Assembly (NCBI GenBank): GCA_032718475.1 | Contig: JAUCBJ010001223.1 | Span: forward strand, 62,001-126,000 | DNA from: Nemertoderma westbladi | Lineage: Eukaryota > Animalia > Xenacoelomorpha | DNA: 64,000 nt | Reading direction: 5' to 3' | Part shown: piece by piece, positions 12,620 through 27,128 of the stretch | How positions within the stretch are numbered: position 1 is the first letter of the stretch | Layout: every line of letters starts with the position of its first letter | Translations under genes and position numbers: made by a program | The notes under the pieces: generated by a model | Seen by the model: the letters and a program-made list of their open reading frames with translations, nothing else | What the model was told of the DNA's origin: nothing | Databases searched by the model: none

Positions 12620-13530
12620 GTCTTGGCTTTACAAGCCACGCTATTGCCGGGGCCGTTATATGTACAGTACTATATATTCTCTATCTATCTAATTGTACAT
12701 TGTGCATTTCAAGCTTCCTGACATCACATCAACTCCTGCTGACGAACCTGTCATACTCAAATGCAAACCAAGCACAGATCGGATACAGCAGGTTACGAGT
12801 GAAGATTGGAAATCGCATTTCGGTGGTCTGCTTGGGAGTGAAAAAATACCGAGCTTCCCAGTCATTGAAGACATTGTTGTCGAGGACATGGATGCTGAAA
12901 TCTCGGCCACTGAAATAACCAGCAATATTTCGAAATCAGCCAATGGCAAGGCAGCTGGCGGCCCTGATGGCATAACCAACGAGTGTCTCAAACAGGGGTA
13001 TGGAATATTTAATGTCTTCCTAGTCGCCTTGTTGTCGTTCTGTTTCAACAACGCTATCATTCCGGCTCAGTGGTCAACTAGTTATTTAATTCCCCTATAT
13101 AATGGGAAGGGTAGCCTAAGACTACCAGGTTCATATCGCGGTATCACTCTAATGAGCTTTTCTTCTAAAAACATACACAGCCATACTAGATTCACGTCTC
13201 TACTCGTGGGCTGAGCGTAGTTTGATATTTCCAGCTGAACAATTTGGGTTCATAGTAGAAACTTCAACAATCAAAGCTACAAAAATCCTGTACAGCAAAT
13301 CTCCAGTTCTTTGGGTGAACCAAAGGGTCACAAGTATTGTGTCTTTGTAGACTTTGAAAAAGCGTTTGACAAAGTGAACTGAGTCAAGCTTATAATTAAA
13401 CTTCACAAACTTGGTGTCAGCACTACGTTCCTGAAAGCTCTTTGGGCTATTATTTGTGTAAATTGTATCTTGGTTGTCATTTGGTTCACTTGTTACTTCT
13501 CCTATTACCCAGACAGACAATTGGTTTCCT
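12620..13530 (+). pseudogene. RTEX-like LINE ORF2 fragment (pre-RT and early RT), interrupted by the CR1/L2 insertion (copy at ~24661-25570)
   Basis: KAAGGPDGITNECLK, IPLYNGKGS..PGSYRGITL, EQFGF and VDFEKAFDKV, with frameshifts; resumes as QGDKMSPHLF after the insertion. Confidence 0.8.
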
Positions 13531-13694
13531 GACAATTTGGAAACCCCGATCATTGACAATTGGAACGGATTTTCCTGCTGGCTGGTGGTTGGTAAATGTT
13601 GTGATGTAATACGGTACCGGTTTCAGATTAGGCCTAACTCTATAGTCTTCAGTTGTAATAAATGGATTGACTGCAGACAACTGGAAACTGAGTA

Positions 13695-14621
13695 ATGTCG
13701 TTGTCGGCCGGCGATCCTTCGCTGGGCGACATACTTACACATATTAAATCTCTGCAGAGAGAAAGTCGTGATAATTTTAAAGAGATCAAAGATGACATTA
13801 GGAAACTAAATACGGGAACAGATTCTTTAACGACTAGGGTTGATGAACACCAAGATTTCCTAACAGCTGTTTTTCTCGAAAATGACCGTGAACGTCAGTA
13901 TCACCGACAGTATAATACACTAATTCACGGTGTAGTTAAACAACCTGGGGAACTCGTGCATAATTGTTATGATGGAATTCAGAATATTCTCGTTTCCCTC
14001 AACATTGCTAATGATAGCGTTGACTCCTGTCATCGCTTGGGGAAGTTTTCTAAAAAATCTGAGGCGAAACCGCCTCCGATTGTTCTAAAGTTTAAGGGAC
14101 AAGTGGCGCGAAACAACATTTTTCAAAACCTGGATAAACTTCCAACTGGCGTATCACTCTCCGACCATTTAACCCCATTTAGAGCTCGACTTCTTAAGTT
14201 CTGTCGGTTTCTTGTGCAAAGGGAATGTTTCAATAAGGTCGTTGTTCGTAACGGACAAATTCGATTGCGAATCTCATCTGACTCCAATTCTTACCACAAT
14301 ATCTACACTTACGAGGATGTCAGGGTTCTGCTCGGTAATCGTAAACCTCCCAACGTGACGATTCCTAATACTTACGAAGAAATTCTTTCTTTCTTGAGTC
14401 TCGATCGGTCAACTGTTGCAGCCAACTCCTTGACCAACGGAGCCGGCGCTCAACTGGATCTGGACGAATTCACGGTCCAGGATAATACAAAGAAAAGAAA
14501 GAAGAAGAAACCCAGAGCAACTCCGGGAACTGAAACTCGAGCGATGAATCTTCGTTCGGGATCTCTTCCTAACTCTCCTCCAAACTCAAACAACTACTTG
14601 TTACTATCTGACGGTGAATAA
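13695..14621 (+). CDS. LINE ORF1p (coiled coil plus L1-type RRM/CTD-like)
   Basis: Heptad N-terminus, RQYNTLIHGV, DSCHRLGK, PPPIVLKF, LSDHLTPFR and a basic C-terminal tract. Confidence 0.88.
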   Translation: MSLSAGDPSLGDILTHIKSLQRESRDNFKEIKDDIRKLNTGTDSLTTRVDEHQDFLTAVFLENDRERQYHRQYNTLIHGVVKQPGELVHNCYDGIQNILVSLNIANDSVDSCHRLGKFSKKSEAKPPPIVLKFKGQVARNNIFQNLDKLPTGVSLSDHLTPFRARLLKFCRFLVQRECFNKVVVRNGQIRLRISSDSNSYHNIYTYEDVRVLLGNRKPPNVTIPNTYEEILSFLSLDRSTVAANSLTNGAGAQLDLDEFTVQDNTKKRKKKKPRATPGTETRAMNLRSGSLPNSPPNSNNYLLLSDGE

Positions 14622-15087
14622 TAAACCAGTAAGTTGTTTTTTCTGAATTACTCTGAGATATACTGTACATTAGTGCCATTTCCTAATGGCTGTATTAAGC
14701 CTAGTAATTATTTTGTTTTAAACCAGAAGCTGTCCTGTAGGCCTATGTCTAGTCGTAAATTACTTGGTTTTTTAAACAAGTTTGTAGTTTCTATATAACT
14801 TTGGAAGTTTATAAATTGTTCCAACTTAATGTTGATTCTTAAGTAACTCGAAAGTATTTCTTTTTATGTAAGTACGTTGTCGTTTGTTTACAAACTAAAT
14901 TTAAATTGTGTTATTTGATTATAACTGTTAGTCATTCTATCTATTTGTGCTTTATTTAGAGGTCAATTCTGGCCCTGTACCTTTGATTTATTTCAAGCGT
15001 TAGTTAAGTTATATTAAGTTACTATCAGTATCGGTAGTATATATATAACCCTCCACTACCCCCCCCCCCCCCCCCCCCCCCCTACCG

Positions 15088-18000
15088 ATGGCCCATCTGG
15101 ACTCCCCGTCTTGTCATTTATGCTTCACTATTTTTAATAAAAATGATATATATTTTCGCTGTGCGGTGTGTAGTTGTAATTACCACTTTCAGTGTGGCTC
15201 TAATCTCTCACTTTCAGATTTTAAATTGTCCCTACAATATCTGCCACCATACTGTATCCATTGTTCGGCCTCCATATTTCCCTTTTCAAATATCGACAAT
15301 GATGATCTCGACATTTTTCAGGAAGATCTAAGCCCTGACGAAATTAATTCTGCTTCTGAGGAGACCAGCCCAAATAATATTTTTAAGGACATTGACCCCG
15401 ACTCTAACTTAGCTGTGAACTTAAATGGTGGTGGGTATTTTACTGAGGAACAATTTAACGCTAAATTTAATCCCACTTTAGACACATTTTCTGTCCTTAG
15501 CTTAAATTGTGCTAGTCTACGTAAAAATTTCACTGATCTAACAGTTTTCCTTGAGTCGCTCAAAATTAAATTAGATGTATTGACATTTAGTGAAACGTTT
15601 TTCTCAGAGAACGACGAACTAGGTTTATATAAAATCGACGGCTACTCTTCTCCTATAGTTGACTTCAGAGGTTATGGCAAAAAGAACCGCGGCGGGACAG
15701 CTGTGTATGTTAACGAAGATTGTAAATGGAAATTCCGCCCTGATTTAAAAATGAGCGAAGTGGAGAATTGTTGGGTCGAAGTGTACCGTTGTGATTCAAA
15801 TAAGAAAGTAATTATAGGTTGTATTTATCGCCCTGAAACTATTACTGTCCCTAAATTTAATCACTTATTAGAATCTCAATTACAATTCTTAAATAATTCT
15901 AGAACAGATGTAATAGTTTGTGGCGATATTAATATAGACGTAAACAAAAGTACTCCTATATCATTCAATTACTCTCAAATACTAAGTGCAAACGGATTTA
16001 ACCAAACTATAAAAGTACCAACTAGAATTACGGCTCACTCCAAAACAACAATTGATCATATAAGTACCAATATTACCTCTTCGATCTGTTATTCTGGTGT
16101 CTTTTCGGCCAAAGTCGGCAATTCTGATCACCTACCTACATTCATGGTTCTAAATAACTACAATACTTATTTCAACAATAGTCGAGAACATATGACTGTT
16201 TTTGATTACTCAAAATTTGATCGTAATCTCTTTTTTGCCGACTGTATCCTACCCTCCAGCTGGTCGTATAAAGCGGATTCAATCCCACTAAAAGATAAAT
16301 ATTCCGCCTTTTATGATGACTTTAGTAAGATATGCAACAACAATTTAACGACTAAGGTCATATCTCATAAAAAAATTCCTCGAAAACCTTGGTTGTCGCA
16401 TAACCTCATTCAGTCATCAATAAATAAAAATAAACTTTATCGAAAATATCTACTGCACCCAACAAATAGTAACTTCAAAAAATACAAAGATTATAGGAAT
16501 ACGTTTGTAAGCGCTATTCGTACTGCACAAAAAAATTATTATCACCAACAATTTCAAAACCACGGTCAAAATATGAAAAAAACCTGGTCTACAATAAATT
16601 CTGTACTGCACAGAGCTGATAGAGCAAGCTGCCCCAAGAAAATTATTATTAAGATAGATGGCCAAGCAGATATAGAAGTGAAGGAACTGGATCAGATTGC
16701 TGAAGAGTTCAATAAACACTTTTCATCTATTGGCCCAAAACTAACAACTCAAATACAACCTGCTAGCAATTCTCGTCCACTACGTTATATCAAAAACTTA
16801 AGCGCTAAGTCGTTTGTTTTACTAGAGACTTCTCCTGTTGAGGTTGAATATAATCTGCTTCACCTAACTGATTCCTTGGCGACTAATGATAAGGGGGTTC
16901 CAATAAAATTAATAAAAATTGCAGCAAATCCAATCTCAATCCATTTAAGTTACCTTATAAACATATCCATAACAAAAGGCTTTTTTCCGGACCAATTAAA
17001 ACACGCGAAAGTTATTCCAGTATTCAAAAATGAAGATCCATTCAATGTTAATAATTATCGTCCAATCTCGCTTCTACCTATTTTTAGTAAAATTTATGAA
17101 CGTATAATCAATGATCAGTTATTATCATACTTTGAGCAGCTTTCGTTATTAACTCCGAACCAATACGGATTTAGGAAAAAATCAACTACAACCCTGGGTA
17201 TATTAAGTATAGTGGAGAAACTACGCTCAGCATTAGACTCCGGAGACACTGCATGTGTAGTTTACCTAGACCTCCAGAAGGCCTTTGATACGTTAGACCA
17301 TCCAATTCTCTTAAGAAAGCTAGAGGCTTACGGCGTCCGTGGCACTCCATTTAATTTAATTAAAGATTATTTAGCTAATCGAACTCAAGTAGTTTCGATT
17401 AATAATATTCTTTCATCATCTCAACCACTAGTTTGTGGGGTGCCCCAGGGGTCGATTCTGGGTCCTCTACTTTTTCTAATTTTTATTAATGATCTTCCTA
17501 ATGTATCTGATTTATTAACGACTATGTTTGCTGATGACACAAGTCTCCTCCACGTAGGTAATGAACCTTTAGCTGTGATCAATAGTGTAAACATCGAGTT
17601 CGATAAAATTGTAGATTGGCTCCATGATAATAAATTATCCCTAAATGTAAAAAAAACTGAATATTCTATATTTACTAATAAACGAGTTGACCTTAATTCC
17701 CTCCCTAAAGTGAAGCTAAAATGTGCGAGTTTGCTGAGATCTAATATTTCAAAATACTTAGGAATAAAAATAGATAGCAAATTATCTTGGAAATCACACG
17801 TAACCTTTATACTAAAAAAAATTAGTAAAACATGTGGTATTTTTTATAAATTACGCCACATATTCCCCCTCCATATTCTTAGAACTTTATACTTCTCTTT
17901 AATTCACCCATATATCCAATACGGAATTACAGTTTGGGGAAGTACATATGAATCCGTAATAAAATTAAATAAATTAATAAAATAAATTAGCGCACCAGAT

Positions 18001-18366
18001 CCAACATCGTTTCGTCAAGCGTCCTCACTCCCCATTTACCAGTCACTTGATATTTTACCTGTTGACCAATTATATAAACATGAAGTAATCAAATTTATGT
18101 ACGATATACATCATAAAAAGTGTTTCAATTCTCCGGAAATATATAATTTATTTACTAAAACATCTAAAGTCCACCATTACGGCACACGTTCAGTTACCAG
18201 CGATTCATTTTATGTACCTCCAATCAAACTAGTAGTAGCCATGCAATCAATACGTTACCAGGGACCTATACTCTGGAACTCAATAGGAACCGATTATCGA
18301 AATTCTAAAACAAAAAGGTCTTTTTCGTTAAAAGTAAAACGTAAATTACTTAATAATAATACTTAA
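15088..18366 (+). pseudogene. LINE ORF2p (PHD finger, AP endonuclease, RT) with an in-frame stop at 17983-17985
   Basis: C4HC3 at the N-terminus; SLNCASL, FSETF, GDIN, TIDHI and SDH (APE); YRPISLL, DLQKAFD, GVPQGSILGP and FADDT (RT). The 18097-18366 ORF is in frame after a single TAA. Confidence 0.93.
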
Positions 18367-21128
18367 ATGATATATTTATTAGTAATTATTAACACATTGG
18401 TCTGTCTGGTGCTTTCTACTAAATTTAATTTGTCTAATTTATTGCATTATTGTTTTAGATTCATTGGCATCAATTATATATGTGTTGTGTTGATATGTTG
18501 CAGCTACGACTGAGTATACTAACAATTAATACCATTGTATAATAATGAAGTAATGACATGTAAATGACAAGACTAATCAGCCCCAGCGCCCCCCCCCCCC
18601 CCCCTCCCCACCAAACCCCCTCCCTAGGCTCCAACATTTACTAGCGTTGCTACTCGTTGGTGCCTCCCAGTTATATATTTTTTGTGATTAGTGCAATTTA
18701 AATATTCTTTATTATTGGGAAATATATATTTGATTTGATTTGATCAGGGTGACAAAATGTCCCCTCATTTATTCGCACTTTTCGTCGCTGATCTCCCCGC
18801 AGTCTCCTGTTACCAGTTTGTGATTCAGTTTAGTTAGTTACCCAGTTTCAGTGCAGACGGGTAATATTGTTTTACCATCAACAACATTGGCTGTATATTA
18901 ATCTATTACCGGTATCAAGCAATATTGTCATCCGCCATCATATTAACTGTGCTATCATTATTATATTAGACCGCCAAGATACAACATTAACTCTGAACGC
19001 TTTTCTCCAACGGCCTCGGCCAAGCAATCAGTGACACCATCCCAGCCTGCGGTGACGCGTACAAAACAACCTACCCGGTCGGGATCCCTGATCCCGTCAC
19101 ACTTCCTAATAGAGAAAACGGTTTTCAAAAATATTGGGAAGTTTTTTTTGAGTTATAGCTCCACTCTTTAACCATACTTTTGGCACTTTTTTGAGGCGTT
19201 TCTTGAAATTCATGAAAAATGATTTATTTATTTATTTATTTTGATTTATTTATAGTAACATTTCATGAAATATGATTAGTAACGTTTCTATTTTTTATTT
19301 ACAACGGTTTTTTGGTGTTTGCAATTATATGAATTCTTATAAATTAATTTAGAAATTTCAAACTTGCTTTTTTCGGCGGGTGCCAAATTTTGGTGCCAGC
19401 ACCAAGTTTTGAAATATGTCAATTTTGAAAATTGATTGTTTGAATCTGTTTTTTGCGCGATAGGATTTTTTAGGTTTCTTGTTTCAATGCAATATATATG
19501 AGTTGCACCAGGTGTATCAAACTTGTATTTTTCGGTGTTGTGGGGAAAATTGGTGCAAGCACAAAATTTTAAAAAATCAACTAAATCATGTATAACTACT
19601 TCGGCCTGCGGCCTCAGTAGTACGATTTATTTGCTTCAGGTTTTATTACCATATATCACCTTCTGGGACAGGCGATAATCTCTGTATATCATGAATCAAC
19701 AGTACTGTATATGAATCAATATCCTTCCTGCACACCATACGCGTTCACAATATTTACCTAAAAGTGGAAGTAGGTGTGCACGGTTATTATGTAGCAAAGT
19801 ACAACATTAACAAGCAGTTAAAAAGCTTTGAAACAATTCACTATGCTGTACTGTGTTATTTGCCTACTACTGTTTTAAGTTGTGTTCCGCTACAATTAAC
19901 ACTTAAATTCAGCAGCAAAAAATACTGTATATTCTAGAACGTTTTATTATTTTCTAAACAACTATAACTAAAATTAATTATTTGGAAATAATACAACTTG
20001 GTATTTTTGTCGTGTTTAAAGAAATTTTTAAAAAATGTAATAATGTACTGATGGTACCTGAACGTGAATACATTATTCTACGGTGTATACTGTATCAAAA
20101 GTAAATGATCTGCATCATTTTGATACCAAATTTAGCCATTTATGATATTTTCTTCCAGGTGAAGAGCTAATTCGCACAGATTATAAGTTGAACCAGTTAT
20201 ATAAGATTATAAGTATTTTCTACCAGCATGCCGTCCGAGCCATTATCCAGGAACGCAAGCATGGTGAGAGATTTATTGACACCCTGCACCCGGATGGGGA
20301 TTTGCTTTGGTGAAGACTGCATATCTCCTATGGACCAAGTTTATCACATTGGAAACATTCATAGTGTCCCTTCTGGCCTGGCTGGGAACCTGGCTTTGGA
20401 ACTATAAATTTCATCTTACCTTTTCTTCATCGCTGAATTATAGGAGGGTTTCCCAGTTTTTATATTATGGGTGTCCCTTGCCTGATGCATTTCTCCTCAA
20501 ATGGTAGCGTTGAAATGTCGAAAGTACCAGGGATGTGTAGCATCATGTGGTGGTGATTGTCACTACATATTGCACAGCACGATTGTTTTTACATTCCCGC
20601 ATGTAATGTCCAGTTCCTAGGCACTTGAAACATTCTTGGTGCTTCATTACTGTTTCGAAGCGGGGCACCAACTCCGCGTATTTGAAATTTTGGCAGAATT
20701 CGACTGAGTGATTGTCTCCACAGAATATGCAAGTAGGGACTCGTGGATTCCCTCTCATTTGGGCGCCCAATTGGCGAAGAATGGTGCCCATTCTTCAGGC
20801 ATCTCTGATTCATCCTCGTCCTCCTCATGATCTTCGGATCCGTAGATGGCCATGGTACTACTGGGCTCATGGAACCTGGGTTTGAGGGTGGGAATTCATG
20901 CAGTAGTCTGCCCCCCATCCAACTTTGCTAGACTTTGTTAAGAATAGAGAGTCGTTCATGGCCTCGGAAACATTGTCGAGGAATCTCAACATCTCGAGAT
21001 AACTCAGATCGCTATCCAGATGACTTCTATGTAAATCAAAACATATGTATGCCAATTTGGTCTGCAACCATGCGTTTTACTTGGTCCTCTTTCCTCAGAG
21101 GTTTTAGGCTGTAATATGCCTCCTTCAT

Positions 21129-21389
21129 GGAGTCCGGACAATTGCGACCCGGACAATTGTGACCCGGTCAATTGCGACCCATGTTTTTAAATAAAAATTT
21201 TGGGTCGCAATTGTCCGGGTCTCAATTGTCCGGGTCGCAATTGTCAATGATATACAATTATACAATGATATTTATCAATGATATACATTACATTTTTTTA
21301 TCTGGTTTCGGATAATTGCGACCCGGACAATTGCGACCCGGACAATTGCAACCCGGACAATTGTCCAGGTCGCAATTGTCCTAACATCC
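21129..21389. mobile_element. Small foldback-like MITE with 15-bp internal tandem repeats
   Basis: CCCGGACAATTGCGA units in both orientations; GG...CC ends; TSD TCCTTCAT (21121-21128, 21390-21397; could be read as 8-10 bp). Confidence 0.85.
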
Positions 21390-21527
21390 TCCTTCATTGA
21401 GTTAGAGAACTCCAGGATGTTTTGAGAATCACCCAGCAAACCTGCATCATGGACCAGTCTTGCAAGTGTTTTATTAACCTCCTCCTTTTTATTAATCTCT
21501 CTCATTAACGGATTAGCCTCCTTGGTT

Positions 21528-24058
21528 GGTAATGGTGAAAAATATCAAGACTTGAAAAATATAGAGAGTAAAAATAACGAGAGTAAAAATATCGAGAGTA
21601 AAAATATCGAGAGTAAAAATAACGAGTGTTGAAAATTAACGTGATTAAAAAATATCGAGAGTAAAAATAAGGCGAGATGAAAAATATCGAAAATAACTAG
21701 TGTTGGAAAATATCGAGAGTAAAAATATCGAATTTTGAAATATATCGAGAGTAAAAATATCGAGTGTTGAAAAATATCGAGAGTAAAAATATCGAGTGTT
21801 GAAAAATATCGAGAGTAAAAATATCGAGTGTTGAAAAATATCGAGAGTAAAAATATCGAGTGTTGAAAAATATCGAGAGTAAAAATATCGAGTGTTGAAA
21901 AATATCGAGAGTAAAAATATCGAGTGTTGAAAAATATCGAGAGTAAAAATATCGAGTGTTGAAAAATATCGAGTGTTGAAAAATATCGAGAGTAAAAATA
22001 TCGAGAGTAAAAATATCGAGTGTTGAAAAATATCGAGAGTAAAAATATCGAGTTTTGAAAAATATCGAGAGTAAAAATAACGAGTGTTGAAAATATCGAG
22101 TGTTGAAAAATATCGAGAGTAAAAATATCGAGTGTTGAAAAATATCGAGTGTTGAAAAATATCGAGTGTTGAAAAATATCGAGAGTAAAAGTATTGCATT
22201 TTGCTTGAGCATTTTATTTAGAATTATGGAACAATATTGCAGTGCATGGGTTACAACAGTGCAAGTGCAAGTGAATGGCATTATGTAATACACCTTGGGT
22301 ACCCATTTACCAGATTTATTATACTAGCTAGTTTTTGCTATTTTTTTAATAAATATTATAAAAGAAGTGCTAGCTATAAATTTTTATAAATATTATAAAT
22401 ATTGTTAAATATTATATTAGAACACGTATAAGCTACCAAATGTTGATAAATATTGTTTTTCTAGAACATTTTTAGTAAAAAAAATTATCATACAACCCTT
22501 ATTTAAACAAATTGTTACTCTCGATATTTTTACTCTCGATATTTTTCAACATTCTATATTTTTTTCAACACTCGATATTTTTCAACACTCGATATTTTTC
22601 AACACTCGATATTTTTCAACACTCGATATTTTTCAACACTCGATATTTTTCAACACTCGATATTTTTCAACACTCGATATTTTTCAACACTCGATATTTT
22701 TCAACACTCGATATTTTTCAACACTCGATATTTTTCAACACTCGATATTTTTCAACACTCGATATTTTTCAACACTCGATATTTTTCAACACTCTCTCGA
22801 TATTTTTCAACACTCGATATTTTTCAACACTCGATATTTTTACTCTCGATATTTTTCAACACTCGATATTTTTCAACACTCGATATTTTTCAACACTCGA
22901 TATTTTTACTCTCGATATTTTTCAACACTCGATATTTTTACTCTCGATATTTTTCAACACTCGATATTTTTACTCTCGATATTTTTCAACACTCGATATT
23001 TTTACTCTCGATATTTTTCAACACTCGATATTTTTACTCTCGATATTTTTCAATACTCGTTATTTTTACTCTCGATATTTTTCAACACTCGATATTTTTA
23101 CTCTCGATATTTTTCAACACTCGATATTTTTACTCTCGATATTTTTCAACACTCGATATTTTTACTCTCGATATTTTTCAACACTCAATATTTTTACTCT
23201 CGATATTTTTCAACACTCGATATTTTTCTCTCGATATTTTTCAACACTCGATATTTTTACTCTCGATATTTTTCAACACTCGATATTTTTACTCTCGATA
23301 TTTTTCAACACTCGATATTTTTACTCTCGCTATTTTTCAACACTCGATATTTTTACTCTCGATATTTTTCAACACTCGATATTTTTACTCTCGATATTTT
23401 TCAACACTCGATATTTTTACTCTCGATATTTTTCAACACTCGATATTTTTACTCTCGATATTTTTCAACACTCGATATTTTTACTCTCGATATTTTTCAA
23501 CACTCGATATTTTTACTCTCGATATTTTTCAATACTCGATATTTTTACTCTCGATATTTTTCAACACTCGATATTTTTACTCTCGATATTTTTCAACACT
23601 CGATATTTTTACTCTCGATATTTTTCAACACTCGATATTTTACTCTCGATATTTTTCAACACTCGATATTTGTACTCTCGCTATTTTTCAACACTCGATA
23701 TTTTTACTCTCGATATTTTTCAACACTCGATATTTTTACTCTTGATATTTTTCAACACTCGATATTTTTACTCTCGATATTTTTCAACACTCGATATTTT
23801 TACCATCGATATTTTTCAACACTCGATATTTTTACTCTCGATATTTTTCAACACTTGATATTTTTACTCTCGATATTTTTACTCTCGATATTTTTCAACA
23901 CTCGGTATTTTTACTCTCGATATTTTTACCCTCGATATTTTTACTCTCGATATTTTTTGAATTCTCGATATTATCGTTATTTTTCAACACTCGATGTTTT
24001 TACTCGCGTTATTTTTACTCTCGATATTTTTCATGTCTCGATATTTTTCAATATAACC
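21528..24058. mobile_element. Foldback-type DNA transposon, copy 2
   Basis: Same ends and TSD as 9640-12017; 153 bp longer, consistent with a change in repeat number. Confidence 0.9.
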
Positions 24059-25734
24059 TCTTGGTTTATCACCGAGATATTGTGAGACATAAACAAGCTT
24101 TTATTTATTATTTTAATATTAGTTTAATACCTAATAATTTTTGTATTTTATTTAGGACTATTTGCTTAATTTTCTTGATACTTTTTTTGTAATTACTTAT
24201 ATATATACATTCCATTGATGCATTTAAACTGTCATGTTCTAGTGGCCTGGTGGGGGATTAATACTCGTTAACAATTTAAATCCGATAATTAATTTGAATA
24301 TTCTTGTTGATTACCTATTATTTTTATTTTTAACACTAACCTTTAACTCTTTAACCACTTTATACACAGCTGATATTGGAATTCAACTTGGACAACTTGG
24401 AATTCAACACTCTCCTGATTGGCTGTCTGATAAAAAAATTTCTCTAAATATAACTAAAACCGAATTTACTATAATTTCTAACAAACGTTTTAATCCCCCA
24501 GATCACCAAATCCGGATAAATAACTCCCCTATTACGTTCAAAAACTCAACCAAATTTATAGGCATTTCCGTTGACAACAATCTCTCCTGGAAACTGCACA
24601 TAATTAAGAAAATCTCAAAAACTGGTGGTTTATTTTACAAAACTAAGATATATTTTTATGGTCTTGGCTTTACAAGCCACGCTATTGCCGGGGCCGTTAT
24701 ATGTACAGTACTATATATTCTCTATCTATCTAATTGTACATTGTGCATTTCAAGCTTCCTGACATCACATCAACTCCTGCTGACGACCTGTCATACTCAA
24801 ATGCAAACCAAGCACAGATCGGATACAGCAGGTTACGAGTGAAGATTGGAAATCGCATTTCGGTGGTCTGCTTGGGAGTGAAAAAATACCGAGCTTCCCA
24901 GTCATTGAAGACATTGTTGTCGAGGACATGGATGCTGAAATCTCGGCCACTGAAATAACCAGCAATATTTCGAAATCAGCCAATGGCAAGGCAGCTGGCG
25001 GCCCTGATGGCATAACCAACGAGTGTCTCAAACAGGGGTATGGAATATTTAATGTCTTCCTAGTCGCCTTGTTGTCGTTCTGTTTCAACAACGCTATCAT
25101 TCCGACTCAGTGGTCAACTAGTTATTTAATTTCCCTATATAATGGGAAGGGTAGCCTAAGACTACCAGGTTCATATCGCGGTATCACTCTAATGAGCTTT
25201 TCTTCTAAAAACATACACAGCCATACTAGATTCACGTCTCTACTCGTGGGCTGAGCGTAGTTTGATATTTCCAGCTGAACAATTTGGGTTCATAGTAGAA
25301 ACTTCAACAATCAAAGCTACAAAAATCCTGTACAGCAAATCTCCAGTTCTTTGGGTGAACCAAAGGGTCACAAGTATTGTGTCTTTGTAGACTTTGAAAA
25401 AGCGTTTGACAAAGTGAACTGAGTCAAGCTTATAATTAAACTTCACAAACTTGGTGTCAGCACTACGTTCCTGAAAGCTCTTTGGGCTATTATTTGTGTA
25501 AATTGTATCTTGGTTGTCATTTGGTTCACTTGTTACTTCTCCTATTACCCAGACAGACAATTGGTTTCCTGACAATTTGGAAACCCCGATCATTGACAAT
25601 TGGAACGGATTTTCCTGCTGGCTGGTGGTTGGTAAATGTTGTGATGTAATACGGTACCGGTTTCAGATTAGGCCTAACTCTATAGTCTTCAGTTGTAATA
25701 AATGGATTGACTGCAGACAACTGGAAACTGAGTA

Positions 25735-26662
25735 ATGTCGTTGTCGGCCGGCGATCCTTCGCTGGGCGACATACTTACACATATTAAATCTCTGCAGAGA
25801 GAAAGTCGTGATAATTTTAAAGAGATCAAAGATGACATTAGGAAACTAAATACGGGAACAGATTCTTTAACGACTAGGGTTGATGAACACCAAGATTTCC
25901 TAACAGCTGTTTTTCTCGAAAATGACCGTGAACGTCAGTATCACCGACAGTATAATACACTAATTCACGGTGTAGTTAAACAACCTGGGGAACTCGTGCA
26001 TAATTGTTATGATGGAATTCAGAATATTCTCGTTTCCCTCAACATTGCTAATGATAGCGTTGACTCCTGTCATCGCTTGGGGAAGTTTTCTAAAAAATCT
26101 GAGGCGAAACCGCCTCCGATTGTTCTAAAGTTTAAGGGACAAGTGGCGCGAAACAACATTTTTCAAAACCTGGATAAACTTCCAACTGGCGTATCACTTC
26201 TCCGACCATTTAACCCCATTTAGAGCTCGACTTCTTAAGTTCTGTCGGTTTCTTGTGCAAAGGGAATGTTTCAATAAGGTCGTTGTTCGTAACGGACAAA
26301 TTCGATTGCGAATCTCATCTGACTCCAATTCTTACCACAATATCTACACTTACGAGGATGTCAGGGTTCTGCTCGGTAATCGTAAACCTCCCAACGTGAC
26401 GATTCCTAATACTTACGAAGAAATTCTTTCTTTCTTGAGTCTCGATCGGTCAACTGTTGCAGCCAACTCCTTGACCAACGGAGCCGGCGCTCAACTGGAT
26501 CTGGACGAATTCACGGTCCAGGATAATACAAAGAAAAGAAAGAAGAAGAAACCCAGAGCAACTCCGGGAACTGAAACTCGAGCGATGAATCTTCGTTCGG
26601 GATCTCTTCCTAACTCTCCTCCAAACTCAAACAACTACTTGTTACTATCTGACGGTGAATAA
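25735..26662 (+). pseudogene. LINE ORF1p copy 2, frameshifted by +1 T at ~26198
   Basis: TCACTTCTCC versus TCACTCTCC in copy 1; split into 162-aa and 135-aa ORFs. Confidence 0.88.
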
Positions 26663-27128
26663 TAAACCAGTAAGTTGTTTTTTCTGAATTACTCTGAGAT
26701 ATACTGTACATTAGTGCCATTTCCTAATGGCTGTATTAAGCCTAGTAATTATTTTGTTTTAAACCAGAAGCTGTCCTGTAGGCCTATGTCTAGTCGTAAA
26801 TTACTTGGTTTTTTAAACAAGTTTGTAGTTTCTATATAACTTTGGAAGTTTATAAATTGTTCCAACTTAATGTTGATTCTTAAGTAACTCGAAAGTATTT
26901 CTTTTTATGTAAGTACGTTGTCGTTTGTTTACAAACTAAATTTAAATTGTGTTATTTGATTATAACTGTTAGTCATTCTATCTATTTGTGCTTTATTTAG
27001 AGGTCAATTCTGGCCCTGTACCTTTGATTTATTTCAAGCGTTAGTTAAGTTATATTAAGTTACTATCAGTATCGGTAGTATATATATAACCCTCCACTAC
27101 CCCCCCCCCCCCCCCCCCCCCCCTACCG

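Larger units (their letters stand above)
13531..18743 (+). mobile_element. Near full-length CR1/L2-group (Crack-like) LINE, copy 1
   Basis: 5'UTR, ORF1, ORF2 (PHD-APE-RT), 3'UTR ending (ATTTG)3A at 18728-18743; the host LINE is contiguous across GGTTTCCT|CAGGGTGAC. Confidence 0.92.
7476..18802 (+). repeat. Tandem segmental duplication, copy 1 (11,327 bp)
   Basis: Sequence from TCTCCTGTTACC (7476) to CTCCCCGCAG (18802) recurs immediately at 18803-30843. Confidence 0.95.
20320..24100 (-). pseudogene. Degenerate BEL/Pao gag fragment, copy 2 (more complete)
   Basis: Same knuckles as copy 1 plus LSYLEMLRFLDNVSEAMND, which is missing from copy 1. Confidence 0.8.
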
